A DNA stretch of 64,000 nucleotides, taken from the NCBI GenBank assembly GCA_018992685.1, contig JACVGT010000018.1, positions 256,001-320,000 on the forward strand, in the 5' to 3' direction. Positions within the stretch are counted from its first letter, which is position 1, and every line of letters starts with the position of its first letter. Origin of the DNA: Theionarchaea archaeon (lineage in GTDB: Archaea > Methanobacteriota_B > Thermococci > Methanofastidiosales > SZ-28-30). The notes below the pieces were generated by a model. The model was not told the DNA's origin and searched no databases. It worked only from the letters and a program-made list of their open reading frames with translations. A program made the position numbers and the translations under genes. Positions 10,102 to 19,380 of the stretch are shown here, in pieces.

Positions 10102-10965
10102 ATGCACCTTCGAGATTGGTATGACCTGACCAGACTGGATCATGGAATTCTGTGGGGGGCTGCTGTGGTGGTGGGAGAAATTCTGGCATACAGAGGGTTC
10201 CCGCCTCTGCAATACATCATTCTTGGATTTTTCGCTCCACTTCTTGTGGAAATCGGTGTGTTCTCTTTGAATGATTACATGGATAGAGAAAGTGATATTC
10301 TAAATAATCGGGTCGATCGGCCTCTTGTTCGTGGCGCAATCCCCCGGCAGTACCCACTATATATCGCAGTGGTGATGCTGCCTGGAGCAGTAATTCTGGG
10401 ATTCGTTTCCAGTCTCGCAATTCCTTTTGTTCTGGTGATCTTGTTTTCAGCACTAGGTGTTCTTTACAATGTAAAATTGAAAGGAGTACCTTGCGTCAAG
10501 AACTGTATCATGGGTGTGTGCATAGCAGCACCCCTGCTGGGAGGAAACCTGATCGTAGAGGATGAGATTCTTCCCGTGGTTGCCCTCTTTGCTACTGCAG
10601 CCTTCTTATTGGGAACTGGAAGAGAAATACTGAAGGACATGATGGACACTGCAGGAGACCAGGCTACAGGGTGTAAGACGCTCCCCCTGATGGTCGGTTC
10701 GAAAAACTCAGCCAGAATCGTCTTCTCGCTCTTCCTGGTGTCATGCATTATAATCCTGGTTCCATATGCTTATCCTCTTGACAGTCTCTATTTCCATGAC
10801 ACCGTGTACCTGATTTCTGCCTGCGCAACGTGTGGGCTCACGATCTATTGTGCACGATCTATTATGAAGGACTGGTCCAGATCCAGTGTAGCCATATTGA
10901 GAAAAAGGACATTTCACATCCTTGAACTGGGTGTTCTTACCTTCCTGGTGGGAGTGCTCTTCTGA
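10102..10965 (+). CDS. UbiA-family prenyltransferase, probable digeranylgeranylglyceryl phosphate synthase
   Basis: NDYMDRESDILNNRVDRPL and GREILKDMMDTAGD..G..TLP motifs; multi-TM. Confidence 0.85.
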   Translation: MHLRDWYDLTRLDHGILWGAAVVVGEILAYRGFPPLQYIILGFFAPLLVEIGVFSLNDYMDRESDILNNRVDRPLVRGAIPRQYPLYIAVVMLPGAVILGFVSSLAIPFVLVILFSALGVLYNVKLKGVPCVKNCIMGVCIAAPLLGGNLIVEDEILPVVALFATAAFLLGTGREILKDMMDTAGDQATGCKTLPLMVGSKNSARIVFSLFLVSCIIILVPYAYPLDSLYFHDTVYLISACATCGLTIYCARSIMKDWSRSSVAILRKRTFHILELGVLTFLVGVLF

Positions 10966-10967
10966 GA

Positions 10968-11846
10968 TCACTCATTTCTGATTCGTTTTAATTTGGTGAT
11001 CATTACCACCCCGATCAAGGAGATACAGGACAGCATGATAAAGTACACATAATATCGAGACAGCGGAGGCTGGACAGAAGCTGCATTGACGTGGACCTTT
11101 CTTACCTCAAAAGCAGAATAATCGGGCTTGATGACTTCAATCGGCTTCTCCTTCTCTTCAATGAGAATTCTCACCAGAAATGTTTTTTCATATTCTCTCC
11201 CGAACCGATCTTCGTACGTTATCCTGACAGACCCTGTGTATTCTCCCGGATCTCCGTACACCAGGATTTCCTTGGATCCCCTGGTGAGCAGGTAGCCTAT
11301 ATAACTCTCATATTGCAGCTTGAGATCAGACATGATTTCAAACTGAAAATCAATGGCAACCTCATCAGAGTTCTTGAATCCAATAGTCGTTCTGTTGTCC
11401 ACAACAACCAGGGTGCCAGATTCCAAACTGATGGATGGTTCTCCATTCTTGATTCTGATATTGTAACTCTTCTTGTCCTCAAGCGTCTGACATACCCCGC
11501 CCTGACACGTCTTCGAGGTCACCAGACACGTGTACGATATGGTAACTGGGTATTCCCCATCTTCAAGGGACCTGCAATGGAATGTAAAACTCACAGTCTG
11601 CGAACCATAGGGAATGCTCTCAATCCGTGCCTTTTTGCTGTAGAACATGAGGTCAGTGCTGCTGACGCGTACTTCAATTCCTTCCACCATCTGTCCTGAG
11701 TTGTTGGTAAAGGTCACATTCATTGTTCCCTTGTCCTGCGATTCATACACTGCCTTGTCTGTCGCTACCTTGAGTGTAAGAATGTCTTCTGCCAGCACTG
11801 GTCCGAGAGATCCTAGAATCAGGATCACCAGAAGGAACCACCTCAT
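10968..11846 (-). CDS. Secreted, C-terminally anchored Ig/CARDB-like (COG1361-type) surface protein
   Basis: Signal peptide MRWFLLVILILGSLGPVLA, beta-rich body, ITYEDRFG, C-terminal TM plus basic tail. Confidence 0.6.
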   Translation of the reverse strand: MRWFLLVILILGSLGPVLAEDILTLKVATDKAVYESQDKGTMNVTFTNNSGQMVEGIEVRVSSTDLMFYSKKARIESIPYGSQTVSFTFHCRSLEDGEYPVTISYTCLVTSKTCQGGVCQTLEDKKSYNIRIKNGEPSISLESGTLVVVDNRTTIGFKNSDEVAIDFQFEIMSDLKLQYESYIGYLLTRGSKEILVYGDPGEYTGSVRITYEDRFGREYEKTFLVRILIEEKEKPIEVIKPDYSAFEVRKVHVNAASVQPPLSRYYVYFIMLSCISLIGVVMITKLKRIRNE

Positions 11847-11967
11847 ATTGATGGAATGGGACCCTTGGTTTAAAAGACTTGTGGTCATGATTAAAAGGTC
11901 GAATTTGCGGTTTCCTTAGAAATCAAACACCGCAAGTCTGACATGGACAAGGAGGATAAATGGTTTC

Positions 11968-12126
11968 CTAGCGAGATTCCGACCACGGAAATATCTTTCT
12001 GACCAGCCATACAATAAATGCAGGGACAGCTCCCCCATGGGCCCCAGTAAGTACTATGGGCATAATGTTGAGAATCTGTTCCTCCTCTTTTTGTTTGGAA
12101 GCAGATCGCGTCTTTTCAGACTGCAC
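11968..12126 (-). CDS. Small hypothetical membrane protein (52 aa, GTG start)
   Basis: SD GAGGTGA just after the preceding ORF; MQSEKTRSASKQKEEEQILNIMPIVLTGAHGGAVPAFIVWLVRKIFPWSESR. Confidence 0.45.
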   Translation of the reverse strand: MQSEKTRSASKQKEEEQILNIMPIVLTGAHGGAVPAFIVWLVRKIFPWSESR

Positions 12127-12137
12127 TAAAATCACCT

Positions 12138-12266
12138 CTATTCTTTTCTGGATTTCCTCTTCAGCCGGATTTTCTTCTTCACTCGAACCCACTTTTTCTT
12201 GGGCCTGACCTTTACATTGGGTGATTTCCTGAAAGGTCTGCGTTTTCTGTCCTTTCGTGATCCCAT
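12138..12266 (-). CDS. Highly basic 42-aa peptide, eL41/eS32 ribosomal protein-like
   Basis: Not in track. MGSRKDRKRRPFRKSPNVKVRPKKKWVRVKKKIRLKRKSRKE; TATA (TTTATAT) about 25 nt upstream; KKWxxxKxxIRLKRK resembles the eL41 core. Confidence 0.6.
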   Translation of the reverse strand: MGSRKDRKRRPFRKSPNVKVRPKKKWVRVKKKIRLKRKSRKE

Positions 12267-12684
12267 GAACCCCCTTTTCTCGAAACCATATAAAGGTTAT
12301 GTAGACCTTTTCCAAAGGAGTTATATCGACTCACCCGATTGCAACCCAATAATAGAGAAGGATAGAAACGATTTGAGGAAATTACAACGATAGCAAGAAA
12401 AAACAATTTTGCAGAGCTTTACTTTCTGATTCAACCTATCTGCACGGAGATTTTCATCGTTCCATCAGTTGACGTGATGAGGGTTACACGCATGATGCCT
12501 TCAAGTCAAGGGCTAATCCATCTCGGCTGCTCCTGCTGCAATGATTCAGCATATTCTTCTGATTTTCAACGATCTCTCGTCTCTTGCCTGCTGGATTCTG
12601 GCAAATCAGTGGCGATTCTTTAATCGTCCTGAAACGTATGCAGGATGTAACTCAGAAGAAGCCTGAAATCTAATTATCCATCAC

Positions 12685-13158
12685 CTATTGCTGCTTTGCA
12701 GAGATTTCTGTCCTGCGGTTAAAGAAATCTTCCCTAAATTTCTTTGCCCTTTTGATTTCGGCAACAAATGATTCATCAGGAAAGAACCCAGACGATTTCG
12801 CTTCTGCATTTCTCGCCTCAGTCATCATCTCAGACAGTTTCACAGGCTCAAGAAGTAGATACTCACCATTGATGTCCTTGGCTATCTTCATTTCTGTTTC
12901 TGTGAAAGATCTCTGTTCCACCTCGAATCGTTCAATTTCCTGGTAGAGCATGTTATCTAGCGAACTGTCTCCCTTGATGCTATAGTAGCCTATCAAGATC
13001 CCATTCTCAAATAGAAGGAATGAGATGTTCCAGGCTGTTCCTCTTTCAAAAAAGCGTATAACACCAGAGAACTCAGAATTCACCTTGGACAGATAGTCCA
13101 GAGGTTGAGCGTGTTCCCACTCTTCAGTGCTCTCTAGCTTTCCTCGGGGCAAGTTCAT
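12685..13158 (-). CDS. DUF2226-like archaeal protein
   Basis: Start MNLPRGK after SD AGGTG; FSGVIRF...LLFENGILIG pattern. Confidence 0.55.
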   Translation of the reverse strand: MNLPRGKLESTEEWEHAQPLDYLSKVNSEFSGVIRFFERGTAWNISFLLFENGILIGYYSIKGDSSLDNMLYQEIERFEVEQRSFTETEMKIAKDINGEYLLLEPVKLSEMMTEARNAEAKSSGFFPDESFVAEIKRAKKFREDFFNRRTEISAKQQ

Positions 13159-13576
13159 GTCAACACCTTTCAGATTGAGAATTGATGTCACAAATTCATT
13201 GAAAGAGAACTTTATAAAGATATGTGTTAATATAAATCTTAACTGCGAGAGTGTATCTTAATCGTTGCCCTCTTTAGAAAATCGATCCATTTTGGAAAGC
13301 CATTCTCTGATTTCCATTGACTGAAGACACGTTTCTTCACAATTCACATTTTCTCTCATGGATCAAGATAGGAGAAATACGTATTTCAGAAAGATATACT
13401 TTCTGGACTATCCCATGGACAACCTTCCTAGATGCAAGAAGAACCTTAAAAGAAGAATGACTCAATCCTTGATTTTCGGTGGATAAATGTGCCCAGAATC
13501 CAGAATATCCACAACCCTGCTCAAGAACGCTACAGCATCAGAAAAGGATATAAGGTGTTGCTAAAATATAAAGGAA

Positions 13577-14131
13577 TTGATGTTATTGGAAAAGCTTCAA
13601 GAGACTATAAGAGGAATTAATGGTGCTTTCATCCTAACGGATGGAACAATCGCGGAAAATAATCTAAAGGAAGATTTGAAATTTATAACTTATAATATTT
13701 CATATCTGAGGCAAGCAATAACAGAGAGAAGAACCTGTGAAGGACTTCTTATTTTCGGAGAAAGATACAATTTCGTGGTATATTTCTCTCACGATAGGAC
13801 GATTGGGATTCTCCTGGATCACACTACAAACCTTCCCCTTCTCCAATATGTGGTTCGAAGAATGCTGGAATCGCCGCCTTCACCTGAAGAAGCATTTGTA
13901 CCCCCCTCTCTGGAAGATCAGATCCCGTATCTTGACAAACCAAGAGAGCAGATCTTGCCCAATGTATCTCAGTACGCACGGCAGGTACTGCAGTTCGTGG
14001 ATGGAATCCGCACCATTAGAGAAATCATTGACAAATCAAACCTTCCACCAGAGGTAGTGATGGACGTTATCCTGGCCCACAGGCGATCATCTGTGCTCCA
14101 TTACAGAGAAAAGACGGAATCATCCAGTTAG
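13577..14131 (+). CDS. Roadblock/LC7-like domain plus C-terminal winged-helix protein
   Basis: LQETIRGINGAFILTDGTI..., TNLPLL..VVRR; C-terminal VLQFVDGIRTIREII. Confidence 0.55.
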   Translation: MMLLEKLQETIRGINGAFILTDGTIAENNLKEDLKFITYNISYLRQAITERRTCEGLLIFGERYNFVVYFSHDRTIGILLDHTTNLPLLQYVVRRMLESPPSPEEAFVPPSLEDQIPYLDKPREQILPNVSQYARQVLQFVDGIRTIREIIDKSNLPPEVVMDVILAHRRSSVLHYREKTESSS

Positions 14132-14200
14132 AGCCAAGTGTGGTCAGGAAACACTTCTCTGGGGAATAAGGTTTAAATACCCGAAAAATCACTTTTTTCT

Positions 14201-14482
14201 ATGGTACTATTTGGAGAGGTTTTTAGAATTGGGGAAATGATTGCCCTACTCACCATGATTTTTTCCCTCTTGTTCATCTACAGAATGTGCTGGAAAAGGA
14301 AAGCCTTCCGAAAAATGGTGTTTGCATACTTTTTCTTCCTGCTTTCTGCTGGGTTTGCCGTCCTGAGAGAATACCTGTTGTATGACCTCATGAGGGAGAT
14401 AGAACACCTTTCACTGGTCATCTCATCTTCCATGTTCCTGTATATCGCCTATGTGGCGTACAAGAATCTGGGAGGTGGATGA
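14201..14482 (+). CDS. Small 3-TM membrane protein
   Basis: Three hydrophobic helices; ATGA-coupled to the next gene; TTTAAATA promoter upstream. Confidence 0.7.
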   Translation: MVLFGEVFRIGEMIALLTMIFSLLFIYRMCWKRKAFRKMVFAYFFFLLSAGFAVLREYLLYDLMREIEHLSLVISSSMFLYIAYVAYKNLGGG

Positions 14483-15510
14483 TGGACATCCTGGTAGTCG
14501 TTCTGAAAGGTATTATTACTGTGAATTTTCTCGGGGCTCTATACTTTGGGGTGAAAAACTACAGGATGACACGGTCCTACAGCTGGCTCTTCCTGGGTCT
14601 TGCGCTGGGTTCAGCATTCACCCTCTCTCTGGTTCGATTGGTCAAGGAATTCTTTTACACAGACTTTCAGCAGTTTGAATCCGTTATTGTGGTCCTGGAA
14701 GTGATAAAAGTAAACCTGATACCTTTTGTCACGGCGTTCTTACTGGCATCTGCCATTGCCATTAGGAGAGAACGGATATCTGCTGTGATGCCCATTGGGA
14801 AGGAAGAGGAGATACGTCCCCGATGCGGGATAGAAAGGGGGATTACCTACCTGGTAACAAAGGAGACTCCCATGCAAGGATATCAGGTCTTTCTGGATCT
14901 ATTGTCTAGAGGATACCGTGGACTGCTCATATTGAGGACCCACCCAGATGAGGTGCGGAAGGAATATGATATTGATGTTCCCATTCTATGGATGAGCAGG
15001 CTTCAGGTGGGAGACAATGCAGTCTATCCTAATGTAACAGTCATTGAGCAGATAATTGAGGAATTCCTGGAATGCAAGGGAGACCACGTAGTTTTTATTG
15101 AGCGGCTGGACTATCTCATTTCCCAGCAGGGATTTGAAAAGACTCTCCAGTTCATTCAGAAACTGTCCAGCCTGGTGTATATTACCAAGTCCGTGGCCAT
15201 TGTACACATCGACTCTCTGACTATTGGTGAAAGGGAGCTGATGCTCATAGAAAAGGAAACCAGACAGTTCAAGGAGAAGGCGGAGGATCTGGAAGAAGAA
15301 CTTGCAGAGATGCTACTTTACTTCTATGAAAAAAACAGGCGGGGCAGAAAGCCCAACCTCACAGAGGTCACCCAGGATCTGGGATTGAGCAGAAACACCG
15401 CCAAGAAAAGGATGAATATGTTACGACTGAAAAGTCTCATTATCTTGAAGAAAAAAGGCAGGGAAAAGGTGGTGGAAATTACCCGATGGGGAGAGGATTT
15501 AGTCCGCTAA
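14479..15510 (+). CDS. Membrane-anchored DUF835 (KaiC-like inactive ATPase) protein with C-terminal wHTH
   Basis: N-terminal 3 TM; GLLILRTHP...ILWMS...VVFIERLDYLI..QGFE..L.F (DUF835); PNLTEVTQDLGLSRNTAKKRMNML HTH. Confidence 0.75.
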   Translation: MMDILVVVLKGIITVNFLGALYFGVKNYRMTRSYSWLFLGLALGSAFTLSLVRLVKEFFYTDFQQFESVIVVLEVIKVNLIPFVTAFLLASAIAIRRERISAVMPIGKEEEIRPRCGIERGITYLVTKETPMQGYQVFLDLLSRGYRGLLILRTHPDEVRKEYDIDVPILWMSRLQVGDNAVYPNVTVIEQIIEEFLECKGDHVVFIERLDYLISQQGFEKTLQFIQKLSSLVYITKSVAIVHIDSLTIGERELMLIEKETRQFKEKAEDLEEELAEMLLYFYEKNRRGRKPNLTEVTQDLGLSRNTAKKRMNMLRLKSLIILKKKGREKVVEITRWGEDLVR

Positions 15511-15515
15511 TTGTA

Positions 15516-15543
15516 TTTGACAATAGTTGACAGGTTGTGACAC
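15516..15543. promoter_or_regulatory. Three TGACA (TGTCA) direct repeats at 10-nt period upstream of the pst operon
   Basis: TGACA at 15518, 15528 and 15538. Confidence 0.4.
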
Positions 15544-15665
15544 TTTTTTTCACACAATCCACTTAAGCAGTGATCACAAGATGCAGGTAATGCAACAGAA
15601 CAGAAAACTGCCGCAGTTTGCAGGATATGAATCTGGCGATTCGATTGCGGGAAAAGGTGGTTCTC

Positions 15666-15818
15666 ATGTGGATTGCAGTTAGGGTAGGTGAGGATACTGT
15701 CTTGTTCAATAGTGGCAGTGAAGAAACTCTGTCTTGGCTCAAAGAAACTCATGGGATTGGCCAGACAAGGGAAGAAGCAATCATTGATCTGGAAAGGAGG
15801 TTATCTCACGAAAAGTAG
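15666..15818 (+). CDS. Small 50-aa protein preceding pstS
   Basis: SD AAGGTGG; MWIAVRVGEDTVLFNSGSEETLSWLKETHGIGQTREEAIIDLERRLSHEK; contains a GxTxEEA motif. Confidence 0.45.
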   Translation: MWIAVRVGEDTVLFNSGSEETLSWLKETHGIGQTREEAIIDLERRLSHEK

Positions 15819-16752
15819 AACAGCAAGAATCTTCTCTTCAGTAGTTGTGATAGCTGCTTTGGTTTCGTCGTGCTGTATTACGCAAGAGAGTGAAACCATA
15901 AATGTCTCAGGTGCATGGGCTTTGTATCCGCTCATGGTTAAATGGTCAGAAGAATATACCAAGCTCCATCCTGACATAAGGATAGATGTCTCTGCGGGAG
16001 GAGCTGGGAAAGGGATGGCAGATGTTTTGGGAGGCCTGGTTGATATTGGAATGGTATCAAGAGAGATATATCCTGAAGAAATCGAGAAAGGGGCCTTCTG
16101 GATTGCCGTGGCAAAAGATGCTGTTGTTCCAGTTTTCAACAAGGACAACCCCTACGCTGAGGATATTCTCAATCATGGAGTTAGCCGTCAGGTGTTCACA
16201 GACATTTTCATAACAGGAAAGGTAACAACCTGGGGAGAAGTTCTCGGAAAGCCTGAAATCACAGAGAAACTTCATGTTTATACCCGCAGTGATGCCTGTG
16301 GGGCTGCTCAAACCTGGGCCCAGTATCTGGGATTTGCCCAAGAAGACTTGCTGGGAGTTGGTGTGTATGGTGATCCGGGGATTGTGGAAGCAGTGGGCAG
16401 CGATGAGGTTGGCATTGGGTACGGAAATCTGAACTTTGTATATGATGCGAGCACAGGTGTACCCTCACCGGGAGTATTTGCACTGCCCCTTGATCTCGAT
16501 GGGAATGGTGCAATTGAATCCCGCGAGAGGGTGTATGACACGAAATCTGATGTCATTGTGGCCATTGAGCAGGGAATCTACCCCTCACCGCCAGCACGGG
16601 CACTGCATCTGGTGACCAAAGGGTCTCCTGAAGGTGTAGTGAAAGAGTTCATGATATGGATTCTCACCGAAGGACAACAATATGTGTCTGAAACCGGGTA
16701 CATAGGGTTGGGGGAAAGGATCCAGGAGGAACTCAAGAACCTGGAGGGATAA
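15808..16752 (+). CDS. pstS: Phosphate ABC transporter substrate-binding lipoprotein (start uncertain, possibly ACG)
   Basis: SGAWALYPL, SAGGAGKG, DIGMVSR, YTRSDACGA; lipoprotein-like signal ending LVSSCC; SD GGAGGT precedes ACG at 15808. Confidence 0.9.
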   Translation, partial: TKSRTARIFSSVVVIAALVSSCCITQESETINVSGAWALYPLMVKWSEEYTKLHPDIRIDVSAGGAGKGMADVLGGLVDIGMVSREIYPEEIEKGAFWIAVAKDAVVPVFNKDNPYAEDILNHGVSRQVFTDIFITGKVTTWGEVLGKPEITEKLHVYTRSDACGAAQTWAQYLGFAQEDLLGVGVYGDPGIVEAVGSDEVGIGYGNLNFVYDASTGVPSPGVFALPLDLDGNGAIESRERVYDTKSDVIVAIEQGIYPSPPARALHLVTKGSPEGVVKEFMIWILTEGQQYVSETGYIGLGERIQEELKNLEG

Positions 16753-16753
16753 C

Positions 16754-17632
16754 GTGAGGGTGAGGAAGGTCATCGACGGGGTTTCTGAAAAGGTGATGTG
16801 CTCTGTCACCGCTGCTGTCTCATTCCTGGTGGTACTTATTGCAGCAGGACTCTATCTCAAAGCACGACCCATCATGGAGATTACCCCAATAAAGGAGTTA
16901 CTGACCTCCTCATCTTGGCATCCTCTCAAGGGCGAATTTGGATTCTACCCTTTCTTGATGGGCACCTTCTGGGTAACATTCCTGGCCATGATCTTTGCCA
17001 TTCCTATCTGCTTGTTGTGCTCAATCTATATATCAGAATATGCACCCCGGAAGATGAGAGATGTAATAAAGCCGTTGATTGATCTTCTAGCGGGAATACC
17101 GTCTGTGGTGTATGGAGTGTTTGGTGTTCTGGCAGTGGTCCCCCTCATACGGGATACTGCCCACAGGATCAACATTTCCACCACAGGATATTCAGTTCTG
17201 GCAGGTGGAATTGTTCTTGCCATCATGGTGTTTCCTATTATAATATCTGTATCTGTGGAGGTGATTCAAAGTGTGCCCTATGAGGCACGAGAATCGTCTC
17301 TTTCGCTGGGAGCTACTCAATGGCAAACAGTGAAGAAGGTAGTGCTCAAGAAAGCTTTCCCGGGAATTGTAGCAGCCATTATACTGGGGTTTTCGCGGGC
17401 TTTCGGGGAGACTATGGCAGTTTTGATGGTAGTGGGGAACGTTCCTCAAGTTCCCCACTCCATTTTTGAAGAAGCATATCCTCTCACTGCCTTGATCGCC
17501 AACAACTACGGCGAAATGCTGTCTGTTCCACTCTATGATTCAGCCCTGTTGCTTGGTGCTCTCATTTTACTTCTTATAGTACTGCTGTTCAGCATGGCAG
17601 CCAGGCTCATACTCATGAGGGGGGGTAGATAG
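16754..17632 (+). CDS. pstC: Phosphate ABC transporter permease PstC
   Basis: LAGIPSVVYG, SRAFGETMAVLMVVGN. Confidence 0.95.
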   Translation: MRVRKVIDGVSEKVMCSVTAAVSFLVVLIAAGLYLKARPIMEITPIKELLTSSSWHPLKGEFGFYPFLMGTFWVTFLAMIFAIPICLLCSIYISEYAPRKMRDVIKPLIDLLAGIPSVVYGVFGVLAVVPLIRDTAHRINISTTGYSVLAGGIVLAIMVFPIIISVSVEVIQSVPYEARESSLSLGATQWQTVKKVVLKKAFPGIVAAIILGFSRAFGETMAVLMVVGNVPQVPHSIFEEAYPLTALIANNYGEMLSVPLYDSALLLGALILLLIVLLFSMAARLILMRGGR

Positions 17633-18480
17633 TGAACCTGCGTCACGTTGAAGAGAGATGCTTCAAGGTGCTCATGATAGCTGCCACCTTCATCATTCTG
17701 GGGAGTCTCTTTGCTGTAATCGGTGTGATCCTGGTAAAGGGAGCTGGAGCCTTAAGCCTCTCAATGATCACCCAGACTTCCAAAGGCGGGTACTACCTGG
17801 GCAAGGAAGGAGGTGTTCTCAACGCCATTGTGGGTTCTCTGTACCTCGCTTTTGGTGCCACTGCAACTTCTCTCTTGGTTTCTCTCCCAATTGCCTTCTG
17901 TCTGCAGAGAGAGTATGTGAAGGCACGCACAGCAAATGTGGTTCGCTTATCTCTAGATGTCCTGTGGGGCGTTCCTTCAATTATATATGGTGTATTCGGG
18001 TTCACCATTATGCTCTTGTTGGGATTGAGAGCCTCGCTTCTGGGAGGTATCGTGGCTCTGACCCTCCTGGAATTGCCCATCATGGTGAGAGCCATCGATG
18101 AGGTTCTGCAGATGGTTCCCAGAGAGCTGAAAGAAGCCTCCTACACCTTGGGGGCTACCCGGTACGAAACCATGTTTAAAGTCGTTACCAGACAGATACT
18201 GCCTGGCATCATCAGTGCCATTATCCTGGCCTTTGGAAGAGGCATTGGAGACGCAGCCTCAATCCTGTTCACTGCGGGGTACACTGATCACATTCCGAGT
18301 TCGTTGCTTGACCCTGTGGCTTCCTTGCCACTTGCCGTCTTCTTCCAGATGGGCACTCCCTTCCCGGAGGTCCAGGAACGTGCATACGCTTCTGCACTGA
18401 TTCTTCTGATCATCGTTCTTCTCTTGACTGTATCATCCCGTCTTTTCAGTAGAAGATTCGCAAAATTCGTGATAAGGTGA
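17632..18480 (+). CDS. pstA: Phosphate ABC transporter permease PstA
   Basis: GGVLNAIVGS, GVPSIIYG, EASYTLGAT. Confidence 0.93.
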   Translation: MNLRHVEERCFKVLMIAATFIILGSLFAVIGVILVKGAGALSLSMITQTSKGGYYLGKEGGVLNAIVGSLYLAFGATATSLLVSLPIAFCLQREYVKARTANVVRLSLDVLWGVPSIIYGVFGFTIMLLLGLRASLLGGIVALTLLELPIMVRAIDEVLQMVPRELKEASYTLGATRYETMFKVVTRQILPGIISAIILAFGRGIGDAASILFTAGYTDHIPSSLLDPVASLPLAVFFQMGTPFPEVQERAYASALILLIIVLLLTVSSRLFSRRFAKFVIR

Positions 18481-18481
18481 T

Positions 18482-19240
18482 ATGATGTACCACATAACTA
18501 TCAAGGGATTGAATGTCTCATATGGAAATCATCACGTTCTCAAGAACGTCAGCCTGGAAATTCCTCGCAACAAGATAACGGTCATCATTGGCCCTTCTGG
18601 ATGTGGAAAGACAACGCTCTTGAAAAGTCTCAATCGACTGCTGGAACTGCAAGAAGGAGTCCGGATATCTGGATCTGTATTGGTGGATGATGAATCAGTG
18701 TATGATCCCAAAGTTGATGTAACAGAACTGCGAAAGAAAATGGGACTGCTTTCTCAAAGACCATATCCTCTCCCCATGTCTATTTTCGATAATGTGGCCT
18801 ATGGTCCTCGTATTCACGGGACAAGAAAAAGGAAGAAACTGAATGAAATTGTAGAAAAGAACTTGAGAGCTGCTGGACTGTGGGAAGAAGTGAAAGACAG
18901 GCTCAAAAGTCCTGCGGCTTCCCTGTCCATTGGGCAGCAGCAACGGCTGTGCCTGGCAAGGTGCCTGGCAGTTTCCCCCGAAATCATCTTGTGTGATGAA
19001 CCAACCTCTGCTCTGGACCCTTTTTCTGCCCAGAAAATCGAGGAAACCCTGTCCGAATTGAAAACTGACTATACCATCGTCGTGGTGACTCATAATCTGA
19101 GGAGAGCTCGCAGATTGGCTGATTATGTGGGATTCATCTTCCTCGGAGAGTTGATTGAACACGGGGGGAAGAAGGACATATTCGAGAACCCAAAAGACGA
19201 AAGAACCAGACGATACATCTCTGGGGAAAGCTACCTGTGA
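18482..19240 (+). CDS. pstB: Phosphate ABC transporter ATPase PstB
   Basis: GPSGCGKTT, LSIGQQQRLC, DEPTSALDP, VTHN. Confidence 0.95.
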   Translation: MMYHITIKGLNVSYGNHHVLKNVSLEIPRNKITVIIGPSGCGKTTLLKSLNRLLELQEGVRISGSVLVDDESVYDPKVDVTELRKKMGLLSQRPYPLPMSIFDNVAYGPRIHGTRKRKKLNEIVEKNLRAAGLWEEVKDRLKSPAASLSIGQQQRLCLARCLAVSPEIILCDEPTSALDPFSAQKIEETLSELKTDYTIVVVTHNLRRARRLADYVGFIFLGELIEHGGKKDIFENPKDERTRRYISGESYL

Positions 19241-19380
19241 AGGATTCCTGGAATTCATGCTGCCTGTGAATTCTCAATCTTTCTGGTGCAGCAACGTAAG
19301 AAATGTCCAAGGAAAACTATTTAAGGCGATTTGTATGGGAAGTGGTAGACCCCAACGTCTAATCAATGAGGAGGATTACT

